This document shows, piece by piece, positions 1 through 7,863 of a stretch of DNA of 41,836 bases. Source of the stretch: a virus. Taxonomy: Duplodnaviria; Caudoviricetes. The DNA lies in the IMG/VR virus record IMGVR_UViG_3300024249_000004, positions 1-41,836 of that record; one strand, written 5' to 3'. Position numbers and translations under genes: made by a program. The notes beneath the pieces are model-generated. The model searched no databases and was not told the DNA's origin. It worked only from the letters and a program-made list of their open reading frames with translations. Numbering within the stretch: position 1 is the first letter of the stretch; each line of letters starts with the position of its first letter.

Positions 1-127
1 CGGACGACGTTTTGATCGCGCTGTTCAAGAACGGCACGGTGATCAACGAGGACAAGAGCGCCAAGGCCGGCCGGCCAATTCACGACGACCGCGAAATCTG
101 CGAAATCCGCGTGCCCGGCTCGCGTGA
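1..127. repeat. Terminal direct repeat, copy 1 (assembly overlap indicating a circular or circularly permuted genome)
   Basis: 1-127 is identical to 41710-41836. 127 is a common assembler k-mer size and the repeat lies inside a gene. Confidence 0.95.
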
Positions 128-707
128 CGTGAAAATCGTTCCCGCTCACGAGCTTTGCACGGAGAAGATACGAGACCCATACACCGGCGAGGAACGCTCG
201 ATCACCTACGCCGAGCGGTTCTCGCGGCAGTATGCGCAATTCAAGGCGCATGCCGACCAGACCCGCACCGGCACGCCGCTTGATTACGTGCCTTTCCTCA
301 CTGAGGCCAAGCGCGTCGAGCTTCGCGGCTTCAACATCTACACCGTCGAGGCGCTGGCCCATGTCGACGGCCAGGAGCTGAAGAACCTCGGGCCGTACGG
401 CCGTGATTATAAGAACCAGGCCGAAGCCTATATGGAGAACGCCAAGCGCGGCGCCCCGGCGATCGAGGCGCAAGCGGAGCTTGACGCGCTGCGGGCGCGC
501 AACATGGCGCTCGAAGAGGACAACGCCGCGCTCCAGCGCAAGGCGCAGGCCGAGGCGAAGGACGGCAACTTCGAGAGCATGAGCATCGAGCAGTTGCGTG
601 ACTACATTACGACGCATTCCGGCCACGCGCCGCACGGGTCGCTGTCGCTGAAAGTACTGCAGCGCATGGCGAAGGAAATACCCGCGCACCAACCCGAGGC
701 GGCCTGA
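12..707 (+). CDS. Late-module hypothetical protein; 3' part of a gene spanning the contig junction (true start ATG 41688)
   Basis: The frame continues from 41688 (MPQLIRNPDDVLIALFKNG...) across the overlap. It lies between the capsid/HNH region and the adaptor gene and has a C-terminal coiled coil. Confidence 0.85.
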   Translation: MIALFKNGTVINEDKSAKAGRPIHDDREICEIRVPGSRDVKIVPAHELCTEKIRDPYTGEERSITYAERFSRQYAQFKAHADQTRTGTPLDYVPFLTEAKRVELRGFNIYTVEALAHVDGQELKNLGPYGRDYKNQAEAYMENAKRGAPAIEAQAELDALRARNMALEEDNAALQRKAQAEAKDGNFESMSIEQLRDYITTHSGHAPHGSLSLKVLQRMAKEIPAHQPEAA

Positions 708-710
708 CCG

Positions 711-1424
711 ATGTCGCTGCTCAGCGTCGTGCAAGATGTTTGTCAGGTGGTCGGCGTCGAGCGCGTGCCGACCGTGTTCGGCAACATCAGTAACCAGCGC
801 ACGCAGCAGGAGCTACTGACGCACGCCAACGAATGCGCGCAGCGGCTCGCCCGCGACACCCACGACTGGTCGGCGCTGATCAAGACCGCGACCGTGACTG
901 GCGACGGCGTCGCCGAGAGCTTTGCCTTGCCCTACGACTTCCTGCGGCTGCTGCTTGACAGTAACGTTTGGACCTCGCGTTCGAGCTTCATCCCGCTCGT
1001 GTACGTCAACAGCTACGACGAATGGCTGCGGCGCAAGGCCTCCGGCTTCTGGGACAGCCGCGGCGCCTACATCCTGATCGGGGGCCGCATCTACATCAAT
1101 CCGATCCTGGCGGCGGGCGCCACCGCGACCTTCGCGTACCTGTCCAATCAGATCATCAACGTCGCCGCCACCGGCCTGACCGATACGCAATTCACTGCCG
1201 ACGATGACACCTGCAGGCTCGATGAGCGGCTGCTCAAGCTGATGCTGATCTGGGTCTGGAAGGAGGCCAAGGGCTCGCCCTACGCCGAGGCGATGGGGAC
1301 CTATTCCGACGCGCTCTGGTCGGTCGCCGGCCGCGACCAGCCGGCGCCGATATTGATTGGCGGCAGGCCGATATCCGACGCGGTCATATCGACCTCGTAT
1401 CCCTGGCCGTTGCCCTCGCCATGA
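711..1424 (+). CDS. Putative head-tail adaptor / tail tubular protein A-like
   Basis: 237 aa, MSLLSVVQDVC start, ALPYDFLRL motif. Position immediately before the nozzle-like gene is typical of podoviruses. Confidence 0.65.
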   Translation: MSLLSVVQDVCQVVGVERVPTVFGNISNQRTQQELLTHANECAQRLARDTHDWSALIKTATVTGDGVAESFALPYDFLRLLLDSNVWTSRSSFIPLVYVNSYDEWLRRKASGFWDSRGAYILIGGRIYINPILAAGATATFAYLSNQIINVAATGLTDTQFTADDDTCRLDERLLKLMLIWVWKEAKGSPYAEAMGTYSDALWSVAGRDQPAPILIGGRPISDAVISTSYPWPLPSP

Positions 1425-3118
1425 CCGCATACGCCGCCTTCCGCCGCCAGCCGGTCCAGCAGGGCTACGCTAATGTCTTGCAAACAGTGACGCTGCCGGC
1501 GCCGACGCGCGGGCTGGTGCAGAACGAAAACCAAGCCTTCATGACGCCGGGCGGGGCGCTGGTGCAGGACAACTGGGTATCGACGCTGCGGGGAGTAAAA
1601 CTTCGTGGCGGCACGCGCGTATGGTGCGACCTGCACGGCCTCGACGCCTGGGACGAGGGCGAGTGGGATATCAGCCAATGGGACGCGCCGGTGCCGCCGG
1701 TCACCTCGCCGCTGCGGTATCCGATCGTGTCGGCCTTCGAGTACGTCTCCGGCGATAATATCCATCAGATGTTTGCCGGCCAGCCGGCTACCCTCTGGAA
1801 CGTCTCGTCGCAGTTGCCGACCGTTGCCAAAAGCGGCCAGAGCAGCGGCAACTACGCGGCAACGCAACTAACAAACATGAGCGGCAATCATCTTATTGCC
1901 GTCAACGACGCCGGCGACGCGCCGCTGCATTACGATGGCACGACCTGGACTGCGTTCGACGCCGATCAGATCACCGGCCCCGCCGGCAGCGACGTCGCGC
2001 ATGGCCGTAACCTGACGTACGTCTGGAAGTACCGCAATCGATTGTTCTTCATCGAGGGCGGCACGATGAATGCCTATTACCTCGGTATTGACTCATATCA
2101 GGGCGCGCTCGGGCTGATCCCGCTCGGCGGCAGCGCGCCGCGGGGCGGCAGCCTGCTGTTCGGCGCGACATGGTCCGGCGACACCGGCTCGGGCACCGAC
2201 GACAAGTGCGTGTTTGTCACCACTGAAGGTGACCTGATCATCTTTTCCGGCAACAACCCCGGCGATCCGACCGGCTGGCAGCAGCAGGGCGTCTACTCGA
2301 TCGGCCGGCCGATGGGCATGAACGCGCACATGCCGATCGGCGGCGATGTTTTGATTATGACGGTGGACGGCATCGTGCCATTGGGCACGGCCATCACTAA
2401 AGACGCCGGCACGCTGGACTTGGCGCTGATCACCAACCCGATCCGATCAATGTGGCGGCAGGAAGTGGCGCTGAAATCCAACCTGCCCTGGACGATGAAA
2501 CGCTGGGACGATTACGGCGCCATCTTCGTTACTTGGCCGGGCGGCCTGGAGGGGCAGCGTTACTGCGCGGTGATGAACAACGCCACCGCCGCATGGTGCC
2601 GGTTCGTTGGTTATGACGCGCGTTGCTTCGTCAAGATGCGTGACCGGCTGTTCTTTGGCACCTCGGACGGGCGCATCATGCAATGCGAGATCGGCGGCAC
2701 CGATAACGGTATGCCCTATGTGGCGACCCTGGTCGGCGGCTGGGAAACGTTCCAGGCGCCATCGGCGCAAAATATCTGGCACCAGTCCCGCGCGATCTTC
2801 AGCGCGCAGGCGATGCAGCCGTTCATCCCGCAGTTGAATGCCGCGATCGACTACGTGGTGACGGTGCCGCCGCCGCCTCCCGCCGGCCCCGACCCGGGTA
2901 TTCGCGAGGTCTGGGACGAGACGCTCTGGGACGCTGGGCGCTGGGACCAGCCGACGCCGTTCGGCGCGCCGGTGCGCAACACGCACTGGATGTCGATCGG
3001 CAAGACCGGATTTTCCCACGCCCCGGTCACGCAAGTAACAATCGCGCAACAATCACTGCCGCAGGTCGAACTGCTCGCGATCGGCGCGACCTTCGGGCGC
3101 GCCGGCATCAACGTATAG
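1421..3118 (+). CDS. Putative tail nozzle / packaged-DNA stabilisation protein (P22 gp10 / T7 gp12-like position)
   Basis: 565 aa, beta-rich, propeller-like segments (YVWKYRNRLFF, VFVTTEGDLIIFSG). ATGA overlap with the adaptor gene. Confidence 0.7.
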   Translation: MTAYAAFRRQPVQQGYANVLQTVTLPAPTRGLVQNENQAFMTPGGALVQDNWVSTLRGVKLRGGTRVWCDLHGLDAWDEGEWDISQWDAPVPPVTSPLRYPIVSAFEYVSGDNIHQMFAGQPATLWNVSSQLPTVAKSGQSSGNYAATQLTNMSGNHLIAVNDAGDAPLHYDGTTWTAFDADQITGPAGSDVAHGRNLTYVWKYRNRLFFIEGGTMNAYYLGIDSYQGALGLIPLGGSAPRGGSLLFGATWSGDTGSGTDDKCVFVTTEGDLIIFSGNNPGDPTGWQQQGVYSIGRPMGMNAHMPIGGDVLIMTVDGIVPLGTAITKDAGTLDLALITNPIRSMWRQEVALKSNLPWTMKRWDDYGAIFVTWPGGLEGQRYCAVMNNATAAWCRFVGYDARCFVKMRDRLFFGTSDGRIMQCEIGGTDNGMPYVATLVGGWETFQAPSAQNIWHQSRAIFSAQAMQPFIPQLNAAIDYVVTVPPPPPAGPDPGIREVWDETLWDAGRWDQPTPFGAPVRNTHWMSIGKTGFSHAPVTQVTIAQQSLPQVELLAIGATFGRAGINV

Positions 3119-3129
3119 GAGCCGCCATC

Positions 3130-4488
3130 ATGTCGTTGCAAAGCCGCGAGGATATCATCCGCGAATTGATGCGGCAGTACTACGGCGGCGACCCCAACGC
3201 GCAGTTCGGCCCGGGCGATGGCGGCGGCGCGCCGGGCGGCGCGCCTGCGGGCACGTCCGCAGGCGGCGGCATGACTTTCGGGGGGTTCGACACCAGCTTG
3301 ACCGGCGACGCCTATACCGGCGGCTACGGCAATCTGGGGGGCGGCCCGTACTCCGGCGTGAACTCGCCATCTGACCTGGGGGCGCCGAACACCGGCTTCG
3401 CGCCGGGCGCGCCCGGCACGACAGGCGCGCCGACCGGCTCCGGCTTTACCGGCACATCCGCGCCAGGAGGCAGCGTCCCAGGCGGCGGCGCGCCGGTCGG
3501 GTCCGGCACATCCGCGCCGGGAGGCAGCGTCCCCGGCGGCGGCGCGCCGATCGGGTCCAATCAGAGCATGGAGGATATTCTCAACGATATCGACGCGCGC
3601 GGGGGGCTCGTCGGCGGCGTCCAGGCGATGACGGGCAATCCTAATGCCTCGCCGGTCAACGACGCTACCGTGTTCGGTGATCCGGTGGGCACGGCCGCCA
3701 CCAATGCCGCCATCGGCCTCGGCTCGACCACCTACGGCGCCAATGCGCCGGCGGCGCCGGGGGCCATCAACACCGAAGCCCTCACTGGCGCGCCGCCGGT
3801 TGGCGATATGCCGGGCAACTACCAGGGCGTCGACTTTACCTCGCCCAGCAACTATGGCGTTGTCTCCGCCAACAACATGGGCGACTTCCCTGGCCTCGGC
3901 TTTAGTTCGCCGTCGCCGTCGCCCGAAGGCGTGCCCGGCACCCAGGGCGGCATGCTGACGGGCAGCGTGCTGTCCGGGTTCGAAAACGCGCCGTCGCAGG
4001 GGTTTCCCGCCTCCGGCGTTCCCGGGATGGGCATGAGCGTCAACACCGGGTCAAAGGGCGATCGATCCGACCTGAACTTGGATGCCCTGCCCGAGGATAT
4101 CGCCAACGCCTACGCGATGGTCGACGCCCCCGTCGACAGCTACGGCTTCTCCTTCGATGACGCCCCCGAGGGCGACAGCGCCCCCGCGGGTGGCGGCTAT
4201 AGCGAGGGCGGCTACAGCGAGGCCTCGGGCGGCGGCCAGGGCCCGAGCGGCGGCAACACTGGCGACAGCGCCCCCGGCGGCGGCGGCCTCAGCGACGACG
4301 GCAACAGCGAAGCCTCGAGCGGCGGCCAGGGCCCGAGCGGCGGTGACAGCGCCCCCGGCGGCGGAGGTCCCGACGGCGACGGCCCTGGCGGCGGAGGTCC
4401 GAGCGGCGGCGACGCCACCGGCGACAGTGAGGGCGCGGGCGAAGGCGACGGTGGCGGCGGCGATGATGACGATGATGACGATGAATAA
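3130..4488 (+). CDS. Gly/Pro/Ser-rich low-complexity repeat protein with poly-Asp C-terminus
   Basis: RBS AGGAG upstream and GC3-rich codons. Internal repeats GTSAPGGSVPGGGAPxGS x2, SEASxGGQGPSGG x2, GDSAPxGGG x3. Confidence 0.8.
   Translation: MSLQSREDIIRELMRQYYGGDPNAQFGPGDGGGAPGGAPAGTSAGGGMTFGGFDTSLTGDAYTGGYGNLGGGPYSGVNSPSDLGAPNTGFAPGAPGTTGAPTGSGFTGTSAPGGSVPGGGAPVGSGTSAPGGSVPGGGAPIGSNQSMEDILNDIDARGGLVGGVQAMTGNPNASPVNDATVFGDPVGTAATNAAIGLGSTTYGANAPAAPGAINTEALTGAPPVGDMPGNYQGVDFTSPSNYGVVSANNMGDFPGLGFSSPSPSPEGVPGTQGGMLTGSVLSGFENAPSQGFPASGVPGMGMSVNTGSKGDRSDLNLDALPEDIANAYAMVDAPVDSYGFSFDDAPEGDSAPAGGGYSEGGYSEASGGGQGPSGGNTGDSAPGGGGLSDDGNSEASSGGQGPSGGDSAPGGGGPDGDGPGGGGPSGGDATGDSEGAGEGDGGGGDDDDDDDE
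3451..3558 (+). repeat. 54-bp tandem duplication (2 copies) inside the Gly-rich gene
   Basis: 3451-3504 vs 3505-3558 are near identical and encode an 18-aa repeat. Confidence 0.9.
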
Positions 4489-5143
4489 CCCCACGCTCGT
4501 CAGCAGCCACGCCCAGCTTGATTTGTGGCCGCCGCCGCGCCCGCCAGCGAGGGCGGCGCCGGCGCCGGCATCGAGCGCCGTGTTCGTGGTCGACAACGTG
4601 CTGCGCGAGCCCAAGCGCGCGGCGCTGTTCGCGTTCCTGCAAGAACCCGGCTGGAAGTTTGGCTGGAAGAGTTCGCGCAAGCGCGATTTGTTCAGCTTCT
4701 GGCACAAGCATTTCGCCGGCCACCGCAACGCCAGCAACGAGGAACCCTACGCCTGCGCCGATGAGCTACTCAGGAACGCGCCGCTGGTGTTCGAGCTTTG
4801 GCTGAGCCTCTCGCAGAGCGTATTCCGCGGCCACACCCTGATGCGCGCCTACGCCAACGCCCACGCCTATGGCGGCGACGGCACCCTCCATACTGACTCC
4901 AAGAAGCCCAACGCCCGCACCGCGGTGTACTACCCGCATGCGGCTTGGTCGCCAGACTGGGGCGGCGAGACGGTGATCTTCAACGAAGATAAAACCGATA
5001 TTATTACTTCGATCTATCCGAAACCTAATCGTCTGGTGTCATTCCCGGGCTGCACGCCGCACGTTGCCCGCGGCGTGTCGCGCTCGTGTCCGGAGCTTCG
5101 CATCGTCCTCGCCTTCAAGACGATCAAGGAGGCGAACGAATGA
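4481..5143 (+). CDS. 2OG-Fe(II) oxygenase, prolyl-hydroxylase-like (2OG-FeII_Oxy_3 type)
   Basis: HxD (LHTDS), W..DWGGET, PKPNRLVSF, distal His (PHVARG) and 2OG-binding Arg (RIVLAFK). Start reassigned to ATG 4481, overlapping the upstream stop. Confidence 0.9.
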   Translation: MNNPTLVSSHAQLDLWPPPRPPARAAPAPASSAVFVVDNVLREPKRAALFAFLQEPGWKFGWKSSRKRDLFSFWHKHFAGHRNASNEEPYACADELLRNAPLVFELWLSLSQSVFRGHTLMRAYANAHAYGGDGTLHTDSKKPNARTAVYYPHAAWSPDWGGETVIFNEDKTDIITSIYPKPNRLVSFPGCTPHVARGVSRSCPELRIVLAFKTIKEANE

Positions 5144-5604
5144 TCCGGCCAGAGCACCAGGACTTTCTGCTCAACCGCCTCGGCGCGCTCCGGGCCAAGC
5201 ACAGCGGCCGCTCGCTGTACGATCACCTGCGCGGTACCCACACCCTGCTCAAGCTCTGGGGCAACAGCGACACGATCTGCAACGCCGGGCTGTTCCATAG
5301 CATCTACGGCACCAACAAGTTCCGCCGGAAATGCTGGCCGCTGGACGACCGCGGCACGATCGCCGGGCTGATCGGCATCCTGTCGGAAGAGCTGGTCTAC
5401 CGCTTCTGCACGTCCGACCGGCCGCGGGTATTCGTCCCCGAGGACCCGAGCAAAGACAACGCCATCTGGAGGTCACTGCGCGAAATCGAAATGGCGAACC
5501 TGATCGAGCAGAACTCGCGCTCGCGCTGGCTGCCGATCATGGCGGCGGTCGGCGTCAGCAAGGGGGCGCGCGAGAGCCTGGAGCAGACGCTATGCACTAC
5601 CTGA
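5140..5604 (+). CDS. HD-like small protein (DUF6817-like)
   Basis: HSGRSLYDHLRGT...LWG...CNAGLFHSIYGT and ExANLIEQ motifs. ATGA overlap with the oxygenase. Confidence 0.75.
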   Translation: MIRPEHQDFLLNRLGALRAKHSGRSLYDHLRGTHTLLKLWGNSDTICNAGLFHSIYGTNKFRRKCWPLDDRGTIAGLIGILSEELVYRFCTSDRPRVFVPEDPSKDNAIWRSLREIEMANLIEQNSRSRWLPIMAAVGVSKGARESLEQTLCTT

Positions 5605-6053
5605 TCGGGCATAACGATGTGGTCGCGAGGTTCGTGGCGGCGCACATCCCGCACTGTGAGCGCGGCTTCGGCGATAAAATAATGACGCTCGGTGTGGTTG
5701 ACGGCGGCCGGCTGATCGGCGGGCTGGTGTATCACAACTATGACCCCGAGGCATCGACCATCGAGATTTCCGGCGCCGCCATCGATCCGCGCTGGCTAAC
5801 GCGCACGACGCTGCGGCTGATGCACGTTTACCCGTTCGTTGATGCGCGATGCCAGATGGTCGTAATGCGCGTGTCGGCAGACAACGCGCGGCTGTTACGT
5901 CAGCTAAAGGCGCTTGGGTACAAGCGCGTCACCGTGGAACGATTATTTGGCCGCGACCGCGACGGCGTCGTGGCGACGCTTACCGATGACGTCTGGAAAA
6001 CTCGGCGCATCCATCAGCGCGTGGGCCTGATGCAACACCAAGAGGCAGCCTGA
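5592..6053 (+). CDS. GNAT-family N-acetyltransferase-like protein
   Basis: MHYLIGH start; LGVVDGGRLIGGLVYHNY, VSADNARLLRQLKALGY (GNAT C-terminal N....LG[FY] motif). Precedes the ejection proteins. Confidence 0.75.
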   Translation: MHYLIGHNDVVARFVAAHIPHCERGFGDKIMTLGVVDGGRLIGGLVYHNYDPEASTIEISGAAIDPRWLTRTTLRLMHVYPFVDARCQMVVMRVSADNARLLRQLKALGYKRVTVERLFGRDRDGVVATLTDDVWKTRRIHQRVGLMQHQEAA

Positions 6054-6370
6054 TGGCGTACGGCAACACTCCCGGCAATGGGCGCGACGCGATCACACAG
6101 GCACTGATGCGGATTGCCTCCCCGCCGCCGCAGGCGCCGCCGCTATCGGCAATGCCACAGCCGGCTATGCCGGCGCTCGGCGCGCCGCCAGCCGCCGCAA
6201 CGCCGCCGCCCGGCATGCCGGGCATGGCTGGCACGCCAGCCATGGCCGGCGCGCCAGCTATGGGCGGCATGACGCCACAAGCCGGGCCGATGAGCGGCGG
6301 CGGCTTCCCGGCGCCGATGGGACCGCCGCGGTTGCCAAATCCGCCGATGCCTGGGCAACCGCAGTACTGA
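6053..6370 (+). CDS. Pro/Gly/Met-rich small hypothetical protein
   Basis: TGATG coupling with the upstream gene. N-terminal RDAITQALM resembles REDIIRELM of the 3130 protein. Confidence 0.7.
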   Translation: MAYGNTPGNGRDAITQALMRIASPPPQAPPLSAMPQPAMPALGAPPAAATPPPGMPGMAGTPAMAGAPAMGGMTPQAGPMSGGGFPAPMGPPRLPNPPMPGQPQY

Positions 6371-6389
6371 TGAAAAAGGAGTACGTGTC

Positions 6390-7862
6390 ATAGGCAAGCC
6401 GACCGCCCCCGATCCGCCGAACCCATACGCGACGGCCGCCGCCGCCACCGGGACCAATGTCTCGACCGCGATCGCCAACGCCAATCTGAGCAACGTCAAT
6501 CAGGTAACGCCGCAGGGAAACATAACCTACGACCAGACCGGGAACTACAACTTCACCGACCCGACGACGCAGCAGACCTTCGACATCCCGAAGTTCACCG
6601 TCACCCAGTCGCTGTCGCCGATCGGGCAGCAGACGCTGGACCAGAGCAATCAGGCGAAACTAAACCTCGCGAGCCTCGGCAACATGTCGAGCGCGCAGTT
6701 GCAGCAACTGCTCGGCAGCGGCATCAATCTGTCGAACCTGCCGGCCGGCGGCGACCCGAACCAACTTGCGAGCAACGGCCAAAACTCGCCGACTTCGTAT
6801 CTCCTCGACTGGGACCCGAACTATCAGCAGCAACGCACCTTCGGCGACGCCGGCGCCCTCACCCGCGACTATGAAACCTCGCAAGGCACGCAGCAGCGCG
6901 CCAACGTCGAGAATGCGCTGTTCCAACGCATGCAGCCGCAGAACGATCGCGACCGCGCCAATCTAGAGTCCCGGCTGGCTGATCAGGGTATCAAGTACGG
7001 CTCGCCAGCGTTCCAGGCCGCGATGGACAACTACAACCGCGGCATCAATGATCAGCGGCTCGGAATTACGGCGCAAGGCGGCCAGGAGCAGAAACTACAG
7101 GATGACCTCGCGGCACAGCGCGCCGGCTTCCAGAACTCGGCCCAGCAGCAGGCCTATCAGCAGGCGCTCGGCCGCGGCAACTACGCCAACACCGCGCAGA
7201 CCAACGCCTTCCAGCAGGCAGCCTCGCGGGCGCAACTCTGGAACGCCGCCGCCGCGCAGCGGCAGTCGCAGGCCGAGACGCTGTTCAATGCGCAGCAGAC
7301 CGCCCGCGCGCAGGCGCTGTCCGAGCAGTATTCGCTGCGCAATCAACCGATCAATGAGATTACTGCGCTGCTAAGCCAGTCGCAGGTGTCGAACCCGACC
7401 GCGACCAACGTTGCACAGAACAAGATACCGACGACTGACGTAGCCGGACTGATAAACAATAACTTCAGTCAGTCGCTCGACGCCTACAAGCAACAAAGCA
7501 CGAATTACAACCAAATTGTCGGCGGGCTGTTCTCGGCGATCGGCAGCATCGGCGGCGCCGCCGCCTACGGCGCCACCAAGTCGGACGTGCGCTCGAAAGA
7601 GAACATCCACAAGGTCGGCTCGGTGTTCGCGGCCGCGCCGCAGAAACTAGCCGAGCCTGAGAGCAAAGCCGAGGACCGCGGCGAGACTTCAGAACTGCCG
7701 ATCTACACGTACAGTTACAAAGACGATCCGGCCTCGATCCGGCACCTCGGCCCGATGGCGCAGGACGTCGAAAAGATCGACCCCAACGCCGTCCTGCACG
7801 ACCGGCAAGGCACCAAATACATCGATAACCGCCGCATGGGCGGCCTACTGAGGGCGGCGTGA
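6390..7862 (+). CDS. Putative DNA ejection / internal virion protein with C-terminal peptidase S74-like domain; probable ATA start
   Basis: Frame open from ATA 6390 (GKPTAPDPPNPYATAAAATGTNVSTAIANANLSNVNQVTPQG...) to 7862. AAGGAG 8 nt upstream. Gln/Asn-rich helical body; SDVRSKENI...GPMAQDVEKIDP. Confidence 0.8.
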   Translation: MGKPTAPDPPNPYATAAAATGTNVSTAIANANLSNVNQVTPQGNITYDQTGNYNFTDPTTQQTFDIPKFTVTQSLSPIGQQTLDQSNQAKLNLASLGNMSSAQLQQLLGSGINLSNLPAGGDPNQLASNGQNSPTSYLLDWDPNYQQQRTFGDAGALTRDYETSQGTQQRANVENALFQRMQPQNDRDRANLESRLADQGIKYGSPAFQAAMDNYNRGINDQRLGITAQGGQEQKLQDDLAAQRAGFQNSAQQQAYQQALGRGNYANTAQTNAFQQAASRAQLWNAAAAQRQSQAETLFNAQQTARAQALSEQYSLRNQPINEITALLSQSQVSNPTATNVAQNKIPTTDVAGLINNNFSQSLDAYKQQSTNYNQIVGGLFSAIGSIGGAAAYGATKSDVRSKENIHKVGSVFAAAPQKLAEPESKAEDRGETSELPIYTYSYKDDPASIRHLGPMAQDVEKIDPNAVLHDRQGTKYIDNRRMGGLLRAA

Positions 7863-7863
7863 C

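Noticed and set aside
1-127. Biological direct terminal repeat
   Set aside because: The length equals a common assembly k-mer and it falls mid-gene; better explained as circular overlap.
3946-3975. Additional GGGCAGC sites in coding regions (3960, 6625, 8357, 37263, 39762)
   Set aside because: Flanks do not form a convincing stem closing the GGCAG loop, so they were not counted in the hairpin family.
4082-4480. N-terminal extension of the oxygenase in the ORF track (similar extensions at 5086, 5331, 13113, 18017, 22001, 37414)
   Set aside because: These overlap upstream genes in another frame and are compositionally shadow-like; internal starts with stop/start coupling or RBS fit better.
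3130-4488. Collagen-like protein
   Set aside because: Gly-rich but lacks sustained Gly-X-Y periodicity.
4481-5604. DNA base hypermodification (TET/JBP-like) system
   Set aside because: Motifs fit the prolyl-hydroxylase-like class, and no methyltransferase, glycosyltransferase or nucleotide-pathway genes were seen. Not formally excluded.
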